64,000 bases of DNA, taken from NCBI GenBank assembly GCA_951406725.2, contig OX597821.1, forward strand, positions 40,982,001-41,046,000. The letters run 5' to 3'. A model generated the notes under the pieces. The model was not told the origin of the DNA. It saw only the letters and a list, made by a program, of their open reading frames with translations, and searched no databases. Positions 51,465 through 64,000 of the stretch are shown here, piece by piece. The position numbers were made by a program, and so were the translations under genes. How positions within the stretch are numbered: the first letter of the stretch is position 1; each line of letters begins with the position of its first letter. This DNA is from Octopus vulgaris (Eukaryota).

Positions 51465-52150
51465 TAGACAGGGACCTTCTCTTTGTGGCTAGTGACTTCA
51501 ATGGACATGTTGGACAACATACAGGGGCTTCCATGATGTCCATGGAGGCTACGGTTTTGGTTCCCGCAATGAGGAGGGAACCATTCTGCTGGATTTCTAT
51601 GATGCAAATGATCTTACGCTTTGCAATACTAACTTCAGGAAACCTGCCAGTCATCTAGTCACCTACCGTTCTGGCAGACACACTAGCCAAATTGACTACA
51701 TCCTCACTAGAAAAAGGGAAAGATGTCTGCTTATAAATGCCAAAACCTTCCCAGGTGAAGAATGTACCCCACAACATAGACTAGTAGTTAGCGACTTCAG
51801 GATCAAGGCTAAATGGATGCCCAGAAGACGACCAGCATGGAGGAGCAGGGTCTGGAAGCTTGTGCCGGTGGCACATGAAAGACAACATTCGAGCAAGGTC
51901 GTTGCTAGTACTGCTGAACTTTTGAGCGTGGCCATTACCAGTACCGCCTGACTGGCCCTCATTCCGGTGGCACATAAAAGCACCCACTACACTCTCAGAG
52001 TAGTTGGCGTTAGGAAGGGCATCCAGCTGTAGAAACTCTGCCAGATCAGATTTGAGCCTGCTGCAGCCTTGTGACTCACCAGTCCTCAGTCAAACCGCCC
52101 AACCCATGCCAGCATGGAAAGTGGACGTTAAACGATGATGATGATGATGA
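51465..52150 (+). mobile_element. RTE LINE AP-endonuclease fragment joined to 3' UTR
   Basis: SDFNGHVG...NTNFRKPASHLVTYRSG..TSQIDYIL...QHRLVVSDF...RVWKL, then directly the 3' UTR repeats from about 51862. Confidence 0.85.
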
Positions 52151-52209
52151 TTATTATTATTATTATTATTATTATCATCATCATCATCATCATCATCATT
52201 ATTGTTATT

Positions 52210-52720
52210 GAGTGAGAGAGCAATACCTGCCATCAAAATGAAGCAGGGGTACAAATGTACAAACCCCAATATTCCCATCATGACTACATATCTGATAAGG
52301 GGACACTAGGCCCTTGCATCACGGCCATAACATGCACCACATGGTGACCTCATATCAAGATAAATACTGCATGTCCTTGCAGGTGAGGCCCAGTTAGAAT
52401 TTTCTTCAAGCTGAGTAGCCTGTCTCACTCAGAGGTTCCCTGAATAAGGGTGTTTTAAGGATGATGAATGAATCACTGAAAGTGAATTATTTAAACCCCA
52501 AAGAATTTCTCTCAACACAGGATTATAGAGTTTGTTCCCTTATTACTCCTGTTCATATCAATTACCAAGGGACATGCCCTACTGGTTAACACCAAGCAGC
52601 AACTGACAAGTATTGAGCAGAATATTTGCTGTAGCCCATCTTTTACACCAAGACAAAACATATACATGCTAACACTTCCAATCAGTTAAGAACAGAAGCC
52701 ATGAGAGTCACTGCCTGGTA
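52210..52720 (-). mobile_element. (TAA)n-embedded ~0.5 kb repeat, older copy
   Basis: Collinear with 44126-44643. Confidence 0.8.
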
Positions 52721-52738
52721 TTGTTGTTGTTGTTGTAA

Positions 52739-53012
52739 TTTTAATTATAATGTAAGTAAATGTTCAACATTAACGACTCTATACTTTTCACCTCTAAAGA
52801 ATTTACTATAAAATTATAGAAATGATTGTTAGTAAAAGGCAGACAAACATCCAAAAGCATTGAATTAAAACTTGACGAAATTATAAGTTTTATGCAGTTT
52901 ATTGTGTACATATTTACAGAAGACCAAACAACAACAACACCAATAACATCAACAACAAAAATTCTCAATTTGACAACAAAATGTTTTTGGTAAACATATA
53001 CAATAGAAAACT
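52739..53012 (+). repeat. Copy 2 of the ~280 bp duplication
   Basis: Collinear with 48753-49036. Confidence 0.85.
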
Positions 53013-53399
53013 GAGTGGAGGCGCAATGGCCCAGTGGTTAGGGCAGCGGACACACGGTCATAGGATCGCGGTTTCGATTCCCACACCGGGCGTTGTGAGT
53101 GTTTATTGAGTGAAAACACCTAAAAGCTCCACGAGGCTCCGGCAGGGGATGGTGGTGATCCCTGCTGTACTCTATCACCACAACTTTCTCTCACTCTTAC
53201 TTCCTGTTTCTGTTGTACCTGTATTTCAAGGGGCCGGCCTCGTCACTCTCTGCGTCAGGCTGAATATCCCCGAGAACTACGTTAAGGGTGCACGTGTCTG
53301 TGGAGTGCTCAGCCACTTACACGTTAATTTCACAAACAGGCTGTTCCGTTGATTCGGATCAACCGGAACCCTCATCGTCGTAACCGACGGAGTGCTTCC
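53013..53399 (+). mobile_element. tRNA-derived SINE family C, full length, with 13 bp TSD
   Basis: A-box TGGCCCAGTGG, B-box GGTTTCGATTCC; acaatagaaaact at 53000-53012 and 53400-53412; older 3' fragments near 30020, 54400 and 56820. Confidence 0.92.
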
Positions 53400-53569
53400 A
53401 CAATAGAAAACTTAATTTGTTCTGGCTCATTACAGTCTGAAGTGAACTAGTGAATTAAACTATGCCTTTCATCCTTCTAAAGTCAAAAATGAAAGTACCA
53501 GTTAGATACTAGGGGTCAGTTGTATTGATTGTTTCCCTTCCTAAAATTTCAGGCTTATTTATATAATTC

Positions 53570-54201
53570 ATTCTTTTATTCTTTTACTTGTTTCAGTCAT
53601 TTGACTGTGGCCATGCTGGAGCACCACCTTTAGCCAAACAAATTGACCCCAGGACATATTCTTTGTAAGCCTAGTACTTATTTTATTGGTCTCTTTTGCC
53701 AAACTGTTAAGTTATGGGAATGTAAACACACCAACATCGGTTATCAAACGATGGTTGTCAAGCGATGGACAAATGCAGAGACCCAAGCATACACACAAAC
53801 ACACACACACACACATATATATATATAAAAATGACGGGCTTCTTTCAGTTTCTCTCTACCAAATCCACTCACAAGGATTTGGTCAGCCTGAGGCTACATT
53901 AGAAAATTAATTCATTCACCATGCTGGATTGCTGAAATCTACAAGTGTTTTTCATTCTCTCCCTGTTTATTTTCTCTTGTTCCTTTCTGCTGAAGAGCAT
54001 AAGCTCGAAACATAAAAGACTTTTTCATTTTCCTGAGTGTCAAACTAATACATTTGCTTGTTGTTCATACACCTATCTTCATCTTTTGGTTTTCTATAAA
54101 TCTCAACTATAGTAGAACACACCTACCCAAGGCGTCATGCAGTGGGACTGAACATGGAACCATGTGGTTGGGAAGCAAATTTCTTACCACACAGCCACAC
54201 C
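53570..54201 (-). mobile_element. SINE family A split by a ~200 bp insert
   Basis: Family sequence at 53570-53897 resumes at about 54107. Confidence 0.8.
53983..54018 (+). ncRNA. Minimal hammerhead-like motif (variant), Penelope-type
   Basis: cttt-CTGCTGAA-gagc ataa gctc-GAAAC-ATA-aaag: stems I and II pair, core is atypical. Confidence 0.45.
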
Positions 54202-55076
54202 TGAACCTATCCACACAGCCATGCCAGCACAGAAATAATAATTTATGAAGTACTGGGTAGGCAGTACATTGGCAGAACTGAGGAAAATGCTGATGGAATT
54301 TTATCATAGCTCTATACATTCTGAGTTCAAATTCAGCCTTAATCAGCTTTGTCATCTTTCCAGGATTGATAAAATAGGATTAATTAATTAGCCCTTCATT
54401 AGTTGTGACGAGGAATGTTCCAGTTGATCCAATTAGTGGAACAGCCTACTTGTGATATTAGCATGCAAATGGCTGAGTATTCCACAAATAAGCTTACTGT
54501 TAATGCAGTTGTCAAGGAGATTCACCATGACACAGAGCGTGACAAAGATTGGCCCCTTTTGAATTACAGGTACAACTCACTTTTGCCAGCTGAGGGGACA
54601 GAAGTAAAATGAATAGAGTGTCTTGGTCAAAAATGTAATGGACCACCAGGAATTGAACTCGTGACCTTATGATCATGAACAGAATATGCTAACCATGAAC
54701 ATATGTGCCTTCACAGCCCGGGTCTATACAGCCAATATAGCTTCCTGCTCCCTCTGGTCATGTGCCTTTGTCAAGAACTACCATTTTTTAAGTGCTTTCT
54801 AGGGAGTGAGTCAGTAGAAGCATTGGCTTTAACCGAAATCTTTACAGTCTTTTGTTACATTGCTTTATGTTCTGAGTTCCTGCTGCAATCAACTTTGCCA
54901 TTCCTTCTTCTGGAGTCAATAAATTAAGGACCAGCCAAGTATGGTGGGGGTTGATTTCTATAATACATTCTACAAGAGGAAGGAATTTAATTAACAAGAC
55001 TAGACTGAAATCTTTCTCACAAAGTTGTTCTTGTATCAATTTTAGAAAACTGTATATTTTTTTTATTGGCTTTAAG

Positions 55077-55305
55077 TAAGGCAGCAAGCCAGCAGAGTCA
55101 TTAGCACGCTGGATCAAATGCTTTGTGGTGTTTCGCCCATCACTATGTTCTGAGTTCAAATTCTGTTGAGGTGGTCAACTTTTGCCTTTCAATCTTTCGG
55201 GGTCGATAAATTAAATACCAGTGAAACACTGGGGTCGATGTTATCAACCTGTACCCTCCTCCTGCCAAATTTCAGGCTTTGTGTTTATAGTAGAAAAGAT
55301 TATTA
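55077..55305 (+). mobile_element. SINE family B, alternative 3' end
   Basis: Family core followed by aaatttcaggc...tagtagaaaagattatt. Confidence 0.85.
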
Positions 55306-55704
55306 GCTTTAATTATTTTGAGGTCAGTAAGATTATGGCAAAACATATAACAAGATCAATACACTCCCACTATATATCGATTCTTTACATTAATTGGCTG
55401 TCTGCTTAAGAAAACGTTTTATATCATCTCTGATAAAATTTGAACCTAGAACTGTTAAGTCTACAACGGGTTCCATTCAGTTGTTTGCCGCAATAGCACA
55501 ATAATTGGTTAATAAACTTAAAATAGTTTTTATCAGGACTTCAGACCATTAATTCTGTAGTAAAACACATCAACAATTATATGTCTGCTGCTAGATTGCA
55601 AAATCATGGGTTGCAGACAGGAGGAGAGATTCACCGATTTGTTGGCGGTGCACTGATCCTCGTTCCCATCAACATCGTCGACACCACCACCACCACCACC
55701 TTCA

Positions 55705-55770
<66 letters not shown>

Positions 55771-57894
55771 GTGACTACCCCAAAATCAAAACAAAGGAGG
55801 ATTTAATGCATTAATATAGAATTGCATGAAATGGTGTGACATATTGCTGTTTACTTTGCAAAACAAGTTTTATTTTACTGCTGCAAATGAGTTCTGACAT
55901 GTATTTTTTCAATCTTTCTATTCTATTACATTATAAAAGTAAGCAGAGAGCTGTGCTCTGTAGGAGCAGAGAGAAGCTGCTGCATATTAAACAATGTTGT
56001 TCTCACTGAATATTTTTGTTCTTAAAGCTGTCACTGTTGTTAGAGGAGGAATCTTTTCATTCTTCCTTTTAGTAGCAGAAATTCACTGCAGCAGCAGCAG
56101 ATGTAAGCTATTTCCTTCATTTTACGTAAATTTCAGAGATTCAGAGTGCTGTTATTCTTAGACCATTATTGGGATTGCTTTGACTTTTCGCCGATTGGAT
56201 TGTTAGCTTCTGTGAATATTCGGACTCAACAAAATTCAAAACAAACAATAAATAACAAAGCAAAATAAAAGCAAACCCACTTTTTGTAGTTACTTCCTAA
56301 CATTACTATTAGTTTGAATTTCCCCTGAGTCAGTCTAAGTTAGGAAAATGGATTAAACAGCGAAGCTTAGCTCGAAGAAAGAAAAACACAGAGACACAAA
56401 AATGAAGAACAAAAATGAAAATATTTGTTGTTTCTTTGATTGAAGAGTTCTATTTTATATTAGTTGATGGTTATTATATCAGAAAAATAAGTTTTATGAT
56501 ATTTTGTATTACTCTGTACAAAAACTTTGCCAAAGTTCAGTTCTTTTTTGTGTTAAATCTTAACTATGAGAATGTTTGCGTTCATGTACTTTGAAGATAG
56601 TCTGATACAGAATTAACATTTCATTCAATTTTTAATGTATTCTACTAAATAAAGCGTTTTTTTTTTTTTGCAATTAATGAATAAAATAAGAATTGAAGTT
56701 ATGTTATACTTAGATTTTAATTTATTGAAGTATTTTTCCTTGCGTGTCTTGCAGAGAAAATATTATTATAGTCATGTTTTTATACAACGCCAGGATAACC
56801 CTGATCAAAAAAACTGGCATGTCATTGGCTATGATGACAAGGGTTCCAGTTAATTCAACCAACAGCCTGCTCATTAATTTAGCATGTAAGTGGCTGAGTA
56901 CTCCACAGACTGGTCCTTCGAATTACAGGTGCAACTCATTTTTGCGACCAATTTGAAATAACGCATCTTACTCAAGACACATTACTCTGCTAGGAGTTGA
57001 ACTCTGAACCTAACGACCCTGTGCCAAATACTTTGATCACCAAGCTACACACCTTCGCCACTCTGATCAAGAAGACTAATAATCAAAAGCGTTCCACCCT
57101 TGACTCTCCCTTCCCTGTTTTTGCTATCTAGGACTATATTCTCCAAAATATTTTTTTGCTTTTGAAGCTGTTTGGGGTGTAATGTGAGTGAAATTTAATT
57201 GCTATTTCTAGCGGGTCAAGCAACCTTATCAGCTCATAAGAGTTACCTGTGTGTGTACAAGCATTTGCATATTTGTCCATAAGTATATTCCATCATCATG
57301 GTCACTCTTACAATAACTATTGCCCCAAGCTGCCTTGAGCTGGAAATGTACAGTGTAGTAGTGTCCTTCATCTTCTGTCAGCTCATGTGTGAACGAGGTC
57401 GCTTGTTTAAAAGTCTAAGGTAACCACCTTATCTGTAACTTTCCAACTACCACCATCACCCCCACACTAATCTAGTTCATTTTCATCACTAACTCAAAGC
57501 ATTTATTTTCAGCCCTGCATTCATTATATATCTATATTACATACGAAATTAAATATAACAAAACACATTGGCCACTGCCTTCCATACCAAACTCATTCCA
57601 CCAATTATTTATTCACTCACGTTGCTATAACTGCTGCCAAATATTACACCTTATGGCAGATCCTCTCAATTCCTGGCACCTTTCAAAGGCATCACTAACT
57701 TTATCGTTGTCAACTCAATCAGGAATTATCTAGACTAAGTCATCTTCCTTGAACTTTAGCTCTCATGTTCAGCTCTAAAATTAAACCCTTCAGCAAGTAG
57801 ACTAATCAGTGATCTCCATCACATTAGGGCAGTTCCTGTTCTTAGGTTTTCCGTTTCTTCTTCACCATGTGTAATTATATATACTGTGCAGGAA

Positions 57895-58121
57895 TTACTC
57901 TTTACTCTTTTTACTCTTTTATTCTTTGTTTTGGTCATTTGACTGCAGCCATGCTGGAGCACCACCTTTAGTCGAACAAATCAACTCCAGCACTTAGTCT
58001 TTGTAAGCCTACTACTTATTCTATCGGTCTCTTTTGCCAAACTGCTAAGTTATAGTGATATAAACACACCAGCATTGGTTGCCAAGTGATGGTGGGGGAC
58101 AAACACAGAGACACATGAATG

Positions 58122-58163
<42 letters not shown>

Positions 58164-58797
58164 ATGGGCTTCTTTCAGTTTCTGTCTACCAAATCTACTC
58201 GCAAGTCTTGGGTCGGCCCGAGGCTATAGCAGAAGACACTTGTTCAAGGTGCCATGTAGTGGGACTGAACCCGGAACCATATAGTTGATAAGCAAGCTAC
58301 TTACCACACAGCCATTCCTGTGAGGAATTCTCCAGTTTATCCAGTGTAGCCAATTGTTTCAATTAATTAAAGGTAATTTGTGACATTCATCCATTTCTTA
58401 ATCCTTTATCCTTTATTTGTTACTTGCTTCAGTCATTGGACTGCAGCCATGCTGGGACACAGCCTTCAAGAATTTTGGTCAAATGAATCAAACCCCATGC
58501 TTATTATTATCATCTCATTTTGAAGCCTGGTACTTATTTTATTGGTCTCTTTTGCTGAACTGCCAAGTTATAAGGACATAAACGCACTGTCACCAGTTGT
58601 CAAGCATTGGCAGGGGACAAACATAGACACACTTAAAAGTGTACATTCTTTTAGTTCCTGTCCATTAAATCCAATCACAAGGCTTTGGTCAAACTGAAGC
58701 TACAGTAGAAAACACTTGCCCAAGGTGCCACACAGTGGGACTGAACCTGGAACCATGTGGTTGCGAAGCAAACTTTATACCACACAGTCATGCCTGT
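57895..58797 (-). mobile_element. Two tandem family A SINEs
   Basis: 57895-58320 and 58410-58797. Confidence 0.85.
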
Positions 58798-60227
58798 GTG
58801 AAAAAAATGGTTTGCTTCACAACCATGTTTTTATCTGGTTCAGTTTTCCCACATGGTGCTTTCAACAAGTGTCTTTCACAATAGCCCTGAGCCATCTAAG
58901 AAGACCCAATAAATGAATTTTTACATGGATAGTGAGTAGAAACCTAAAGCCCTCGCCAGTAAGCAAAACAAGATTATATCGATATGATCATTTGAAATGA
59001 ACAACCTGTTATGTTTATATGTTTATTTCACTCTGTATCTATCTTCTCGTATATCTTTCTCTCTTCTTTACAATCTGATATCTCTCTGTCCCACATTTCA
59101 AGCTTTACTTACTTCCACATATCTCTCTGTCTCTCTCTGTCTCTCTTTCTCAGTCCCTCTTCCTACACCTTCACGACATTTCCTATTAAAAGGATATTCC
59201 CTAACTTTTAATCTACCACACAACTTCTCCCAGGCTATGATTCATAGACCCGCCTTTCAAATTTTCTTCAAATTCTTTTCATGATGAAAAGAACATAGCA
59301 ACATTTTGAAATCTCTTTAACCAAAAAGGTTTTTCTTTATTTTGATAATGAATGATATATTTCCTTTTCCCCATATAAAAATATATTATAAATATTACAT
59401 ATGTGTGTGTGCATATATATATACATATATATAGACACACACACACACACAAACACACACAGAGACATATATATGATATATATGTATGTACAGAAACACA
59501 CACACACATACACATATCTGATATATATATATATATATATATATATGCATATATATGAAATATATATAAGTATATAACTTCAAACATATATATATATATA
59601 CATACATACATATATATATATATAATACACACACAAATATAATAATTGTGCATATATAATATACACAAATATACATATATACATTTATGTGCACGTGTGT
59701 ATATCTGTGTGTGTGTGTGTGAGACAGAGAGATATACATACTTACATACATGCATGTATGTGTGTATGTATATATGTAACATGTGTGTGTTTCCTTTGAT
59801 GAAAATAAAATTTACTCCTTTCTATCTTACACAACAGATGAGAACCAAGAAATATATTCAATATTTCTGAATTATTTTTTCTCTTCATAATTTGCATAAC
59901 TACATCTTTATGCTTTTGCCTTCCAATATTTCCAAAACTTAATTAGTGAAGAAATTACCCAAGAACTTCAATAATGCTTCGATAAGCTTGCTGTTTGGTT
60001 CTTTTTTAATTGTTTTGAGTTTGTTCTCAATTTTATTTATATTATATCGAAGAAGAATTTCTAAAATAAAAATCCGTCAAATATTTGAATTATTAAACAT
60101 ATATAGTTAGGCAACTAAGACACACACACACACACACACATTCATATATATACTTATATACATGTATATACACACACAAATACATACATATATACATATG
60201 TGATATATCTATATACGTGTATGCTTA

Positions 60228-60272
<45 letters not shown>

Positions 60273-60719
60273 CTATATATAATTGTATATGTATGCATAT
60301 ATTACCACAAAACTGGTAATTGACAGTTTTCTATATTTTTCTGAAATTCGAATTTTATATTTTCTTCCCCACCCACCCACCTTTTCTCTTTTCTTGATAT
60401 TTTGCATAATATGATTTAGATTGGGGTTTTAACAGTATGACAGTTGCTGCATGGCTAAGATAGAACTATGGGGTTTAAAAATAATGAAGAAGAAGAGAGA
60501 AATACTGGTGCTATAGTGAGAATATTGAATGGTTAATACATCAATAAGGAAAGTGCCAAAAATATTGATGAGAACTGTTGTGCTTCTTTGTGTCGAGGAA
60601 TGAAAGTTTCCTTGTAATTGAGCATACTCATGATATATTTGAATTTAGGGGTAGAAAATTTGAAGTCTACCCCTAATTACCCCAAAATTTTTTTAAAATG
60701 TAGACTGTACAAGTCTTGA

Positions 60720-60849
60720 GCCAACTCTACATGGTTCCGGGTTCAGTTCCATTGTGTAGCACCTTGGGTTACTGTCTTCTACTATAGCCTCAGGCCAGCC
60801 AAAGTCTTATGACTGGATTTAGTAGATGGAGCCTGAAAGAAGCCTGTCG

Positions 60850-60884
<35 letters not shown>

Positions 60885-61105
60885 CTATGTGTGTTACTTT
60901 GTATCTGTGTTTGTCCTCCAACACTGCTTGGAAACCAGTGTTGGTGTGTTTACATCCCTGAAACTCAGAGGTTTGGCACAAGAGACCAATAGAGTAAGCA
61001 CCAGGCTTTAAAAATAAGTCCTGGGGCTGATTCATATGACTGAAATTTCAAAGCAGTGCCCCAGCATGGCTGCAGTCAAAATGACAGAAAAAAGTAAAAG
61101 ATAAA
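60720..61105 (+). mobile_element. SINE family A
   Basis: Family sequence. Confidence 0.85.
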
Positions 61106-61137
61106 AGAAGACAATACATATATACATACATACATAC

Positions 61138-61203
<66 letters not shown>

Positions 61204-61204
61204 G

Positions 61205-61259
<55 letters not shown>

Positions 61260-61677
61260 ACACACACATATACATATATTTACACACACACACACACACA
61301 TGACATTTTCCATTAGCATCACTTCGGTGTATATTTTGTCTTATGCTGTCTCAAAGCTGAAAGGCCTTTATATGTATTCACATATTTATTTACATACCAA
61401 CTACGTGTAAATTTTCTATTAAGTCTTGTTCTTATTCTGTCATCGTTTATCATTTCTGTTTTTGTCACCATCCTTTACACCAACTCACTTATCCCAGCAA
61501 CATTTACCGTTGATGCTACAAACATAAAAAAAAAATCTTCCTCATAAAGGCACGAAATTGTGATGATTTTTGGCTGATAACTGATGAGGGAACGAACATT
61601 TCCATTTTTTTGTGTGTGATTTTTCTGTGTTCTTTTGTCATCTTTCTGTGCAATTTTTTAAAGCCAAATATGTGTGC

Positions 61678-61720
<43 letters not shown>

Positions 61721-62920
61721 CGTGTGTGTATGTGTGTGTGTGCGTGCATGTGTGCGTGCGTGCATCTGTAACGATCTTCCAAACAGTTTTCTTCAAGTAA
61801 ATTCACTCACAGAGTATTGTTCAACCCAGAGCCATAAAAGAAAACACTTGCCTTCAGTGCTGCCCAGTGGAACTGAACCTGAAATCTTGCAGTTTCAAAG
61901 CAAGCTTCTTAACCACACAGCCATATCTCAGAGCCTTCTTTGCCGTCTTTCCCCACCCACCCAGCATCGTCCAGGCATCTTCATTATCACATAGGCTGCA
62001 AAAATGTTGCTGAATAATTCTGATTAAGTTGTAAGTAAACATTTTCTAGTTTTATGATCAATCCTATTTCTGGATAAGTTTGTTATTGTACAGAATTGGA
62101 AATGTCTCACATCAAACCCCATAACAGACCCTAACACTCCACAACTCCCTCACTTGTTGATTTCTGTCCACTTATTGATCTGGGGCTGACCTTCTCTGCT
62201 CCCTTAATTACAAAGTTTTTTTTATTGAATTAAGAAAGTTTGTGTCAGTTACTTGTAGTTCCCCACACCCCAGCAATCTTCGTAGTCAATGGGATTATGT
62301 TGCTTGGAGCCCAATATGTAACACTGACCCTGTTGAGAACTTTGAAGCTATTTGTAGAACAACAGCAACATTGTGTCAGTAGATGAATGAAAGCCAAAAC
62401 TTCAAACATATTGAAATTGGAAATACAACAATGTATAACATCTTTCCCAAATCTTCCAGCCTATATCAAAGCCATGCTGTCATACCCTTCTGTCTTGTTC
62501 CTCAAACTATACAAGTCTCTGCTCCTTGCAGACAGCTGCAGTTGTTTCTTTTCCTCTCTCATTCTTTTCTTTGTTTTAGCCATAATGACGAAGGCCTTGT
62601 TGGAGCCCTGGTTGATTCCATCAGTTACACCCTTTACATATCAATGGTGGTCAAATAAAGTTTGTTCATTCAGTCATTTGTTTTACATTTGTTTTTTCAT
62701 GCCAGCATGAGTTAGGAGAATATATTATTGGAGCATTGTTTTACAGCCAGGGGCTATGCTTATTGTTAACCCTTGCCTGGTTTTTCAAGAAATGGCTCTC
62801 TTTGTATGTCTTTGATGACATAAAGCAAACAAATGATTTATTGGCAGAAATGTCACCACTTGTATATTTGTAGAATGTGAATTTTTATTAAGCAAAGAGA
62901 CAGGCATGTGCACACACACA

Positions 62921-62970
<50 letters not shown>

Positions 62971-64000
62971 TACACACACACACACACACAACACACATAA
63001 ATACTCTCTCACACATTCACACACACTCTCTCTCATACATACACACACAGATGCATACAAAGATATGAGCAGATGATGGGCTTCTTTCTGTTTCCACTAT
63101 CCACTTCCACTCAGCAAGTCAGCCTGAGATAATCCCAGTAGAAGACAGTTACCCAAAATGGTACACACATTGTAAGCACCAAAGCTCATCCATGCACCTA
63201 TATTTCAATTCTGATTTATTTTCAGCTTTGTCATTAACATCCTAAAGATTGCATGAACATCACAACTTCTGTTTTTCTCTGTATTTAAAAACCAGGGCAA
63301 ATAAAGACAGGATGCTGCCACGGTTAAAATTCTACATAATCTTAGTCCATGGTTTCACTTACATTTTCATATTTTTTATTTTATTTTTTGTCTTTATTTA
63401 TTTGCCACTGATTCTGTATAGTTCAGTTCCTGATATAGTGTGCTTGTCTTTTATTCACTCAGGTGGTTTAGTAAACATCAATCCACCATGTACCATAATC
63501 AATTCAATCAACTCTAAATTCTTCAATATAAATTTATGGCTTTGTGCCAATGTGAGAAATCATTATTTCCAAACTTCAATTTTAATCAACAATCTTAACA
63601 CATTTTAAAAGTTGTGTGTAAAATGTTAGGTTTGACTTGGAAATTCTTCCAGACAAGACAAAGATGCTGACAATTTATCTATCTTTATAATGGAATGGTC
63701 AGTTCTGATATTTCTCACAATACATTATCTACATTATATATTTTAGCTTTAAGTGAAAATATCATTCAGATTTTATATTCCTATGAAATAAATCATATAC
63801 ATATATATATATATATACATATCTACAACAACATAATAAATACAGGCATACGTATCAGATGAGATTATTAGATATACGATTACTACAACATAAATATTTA
63901 TGCATTGTGCCAGGTTAAATTATGTATCACATGGTTAGTTAAATGCATGACTATAAAGTAGATGATTTACAAATTCTATGAATTTTTCAGAATTTTTAAT

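Noticed and set aside
53017-53095. tRNA gene
   Set aside because: A and B boxes are present but there is no clean cloverleaf, and it continues into a SINE body with a TSD

Overview
AT-rich eukaryotic (animal) DNA packed with microsatellites and transposable elements. The SINE/LINE content looks like an octopus (coleoid cephalopod) genome; this is inferred from repeat recognition, not a database search. I found no convincing host protein-coding gene. Almost all listed ORFs are translations of microsatellites or decayed transposons, so the window is probably intergenic or intronic. Identifiable content: three tRNA-derived SINE families, RTE-clade and Dong/R4-like LINE fragments, a DD37D (maT) transposase relic, an internally deleted mariner, piggyBac- and pogo-type MITEs, a non-autonomous Helitron and Penelope-like relics. 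The standout is a 2.3 kb element at 7949-10247 inside a (TA)n tract. It has a 279 bp inverted arm followed by about 3.75 near-identical 534 bp tandem units, each carrying an intact-looking type I hammerhead ribozyme (CUGAAGA...GAAAC-AAUU-GUC). This is a candidate retrozyme or non-autonomous Penelope-type element that could make 534-nt, possibly circular, RNAs. About ten older fold-back or solo relics with whole or partial hammerhead motifs are scattered through the window. Ends of decayed elements are approximate because they were read by eye.
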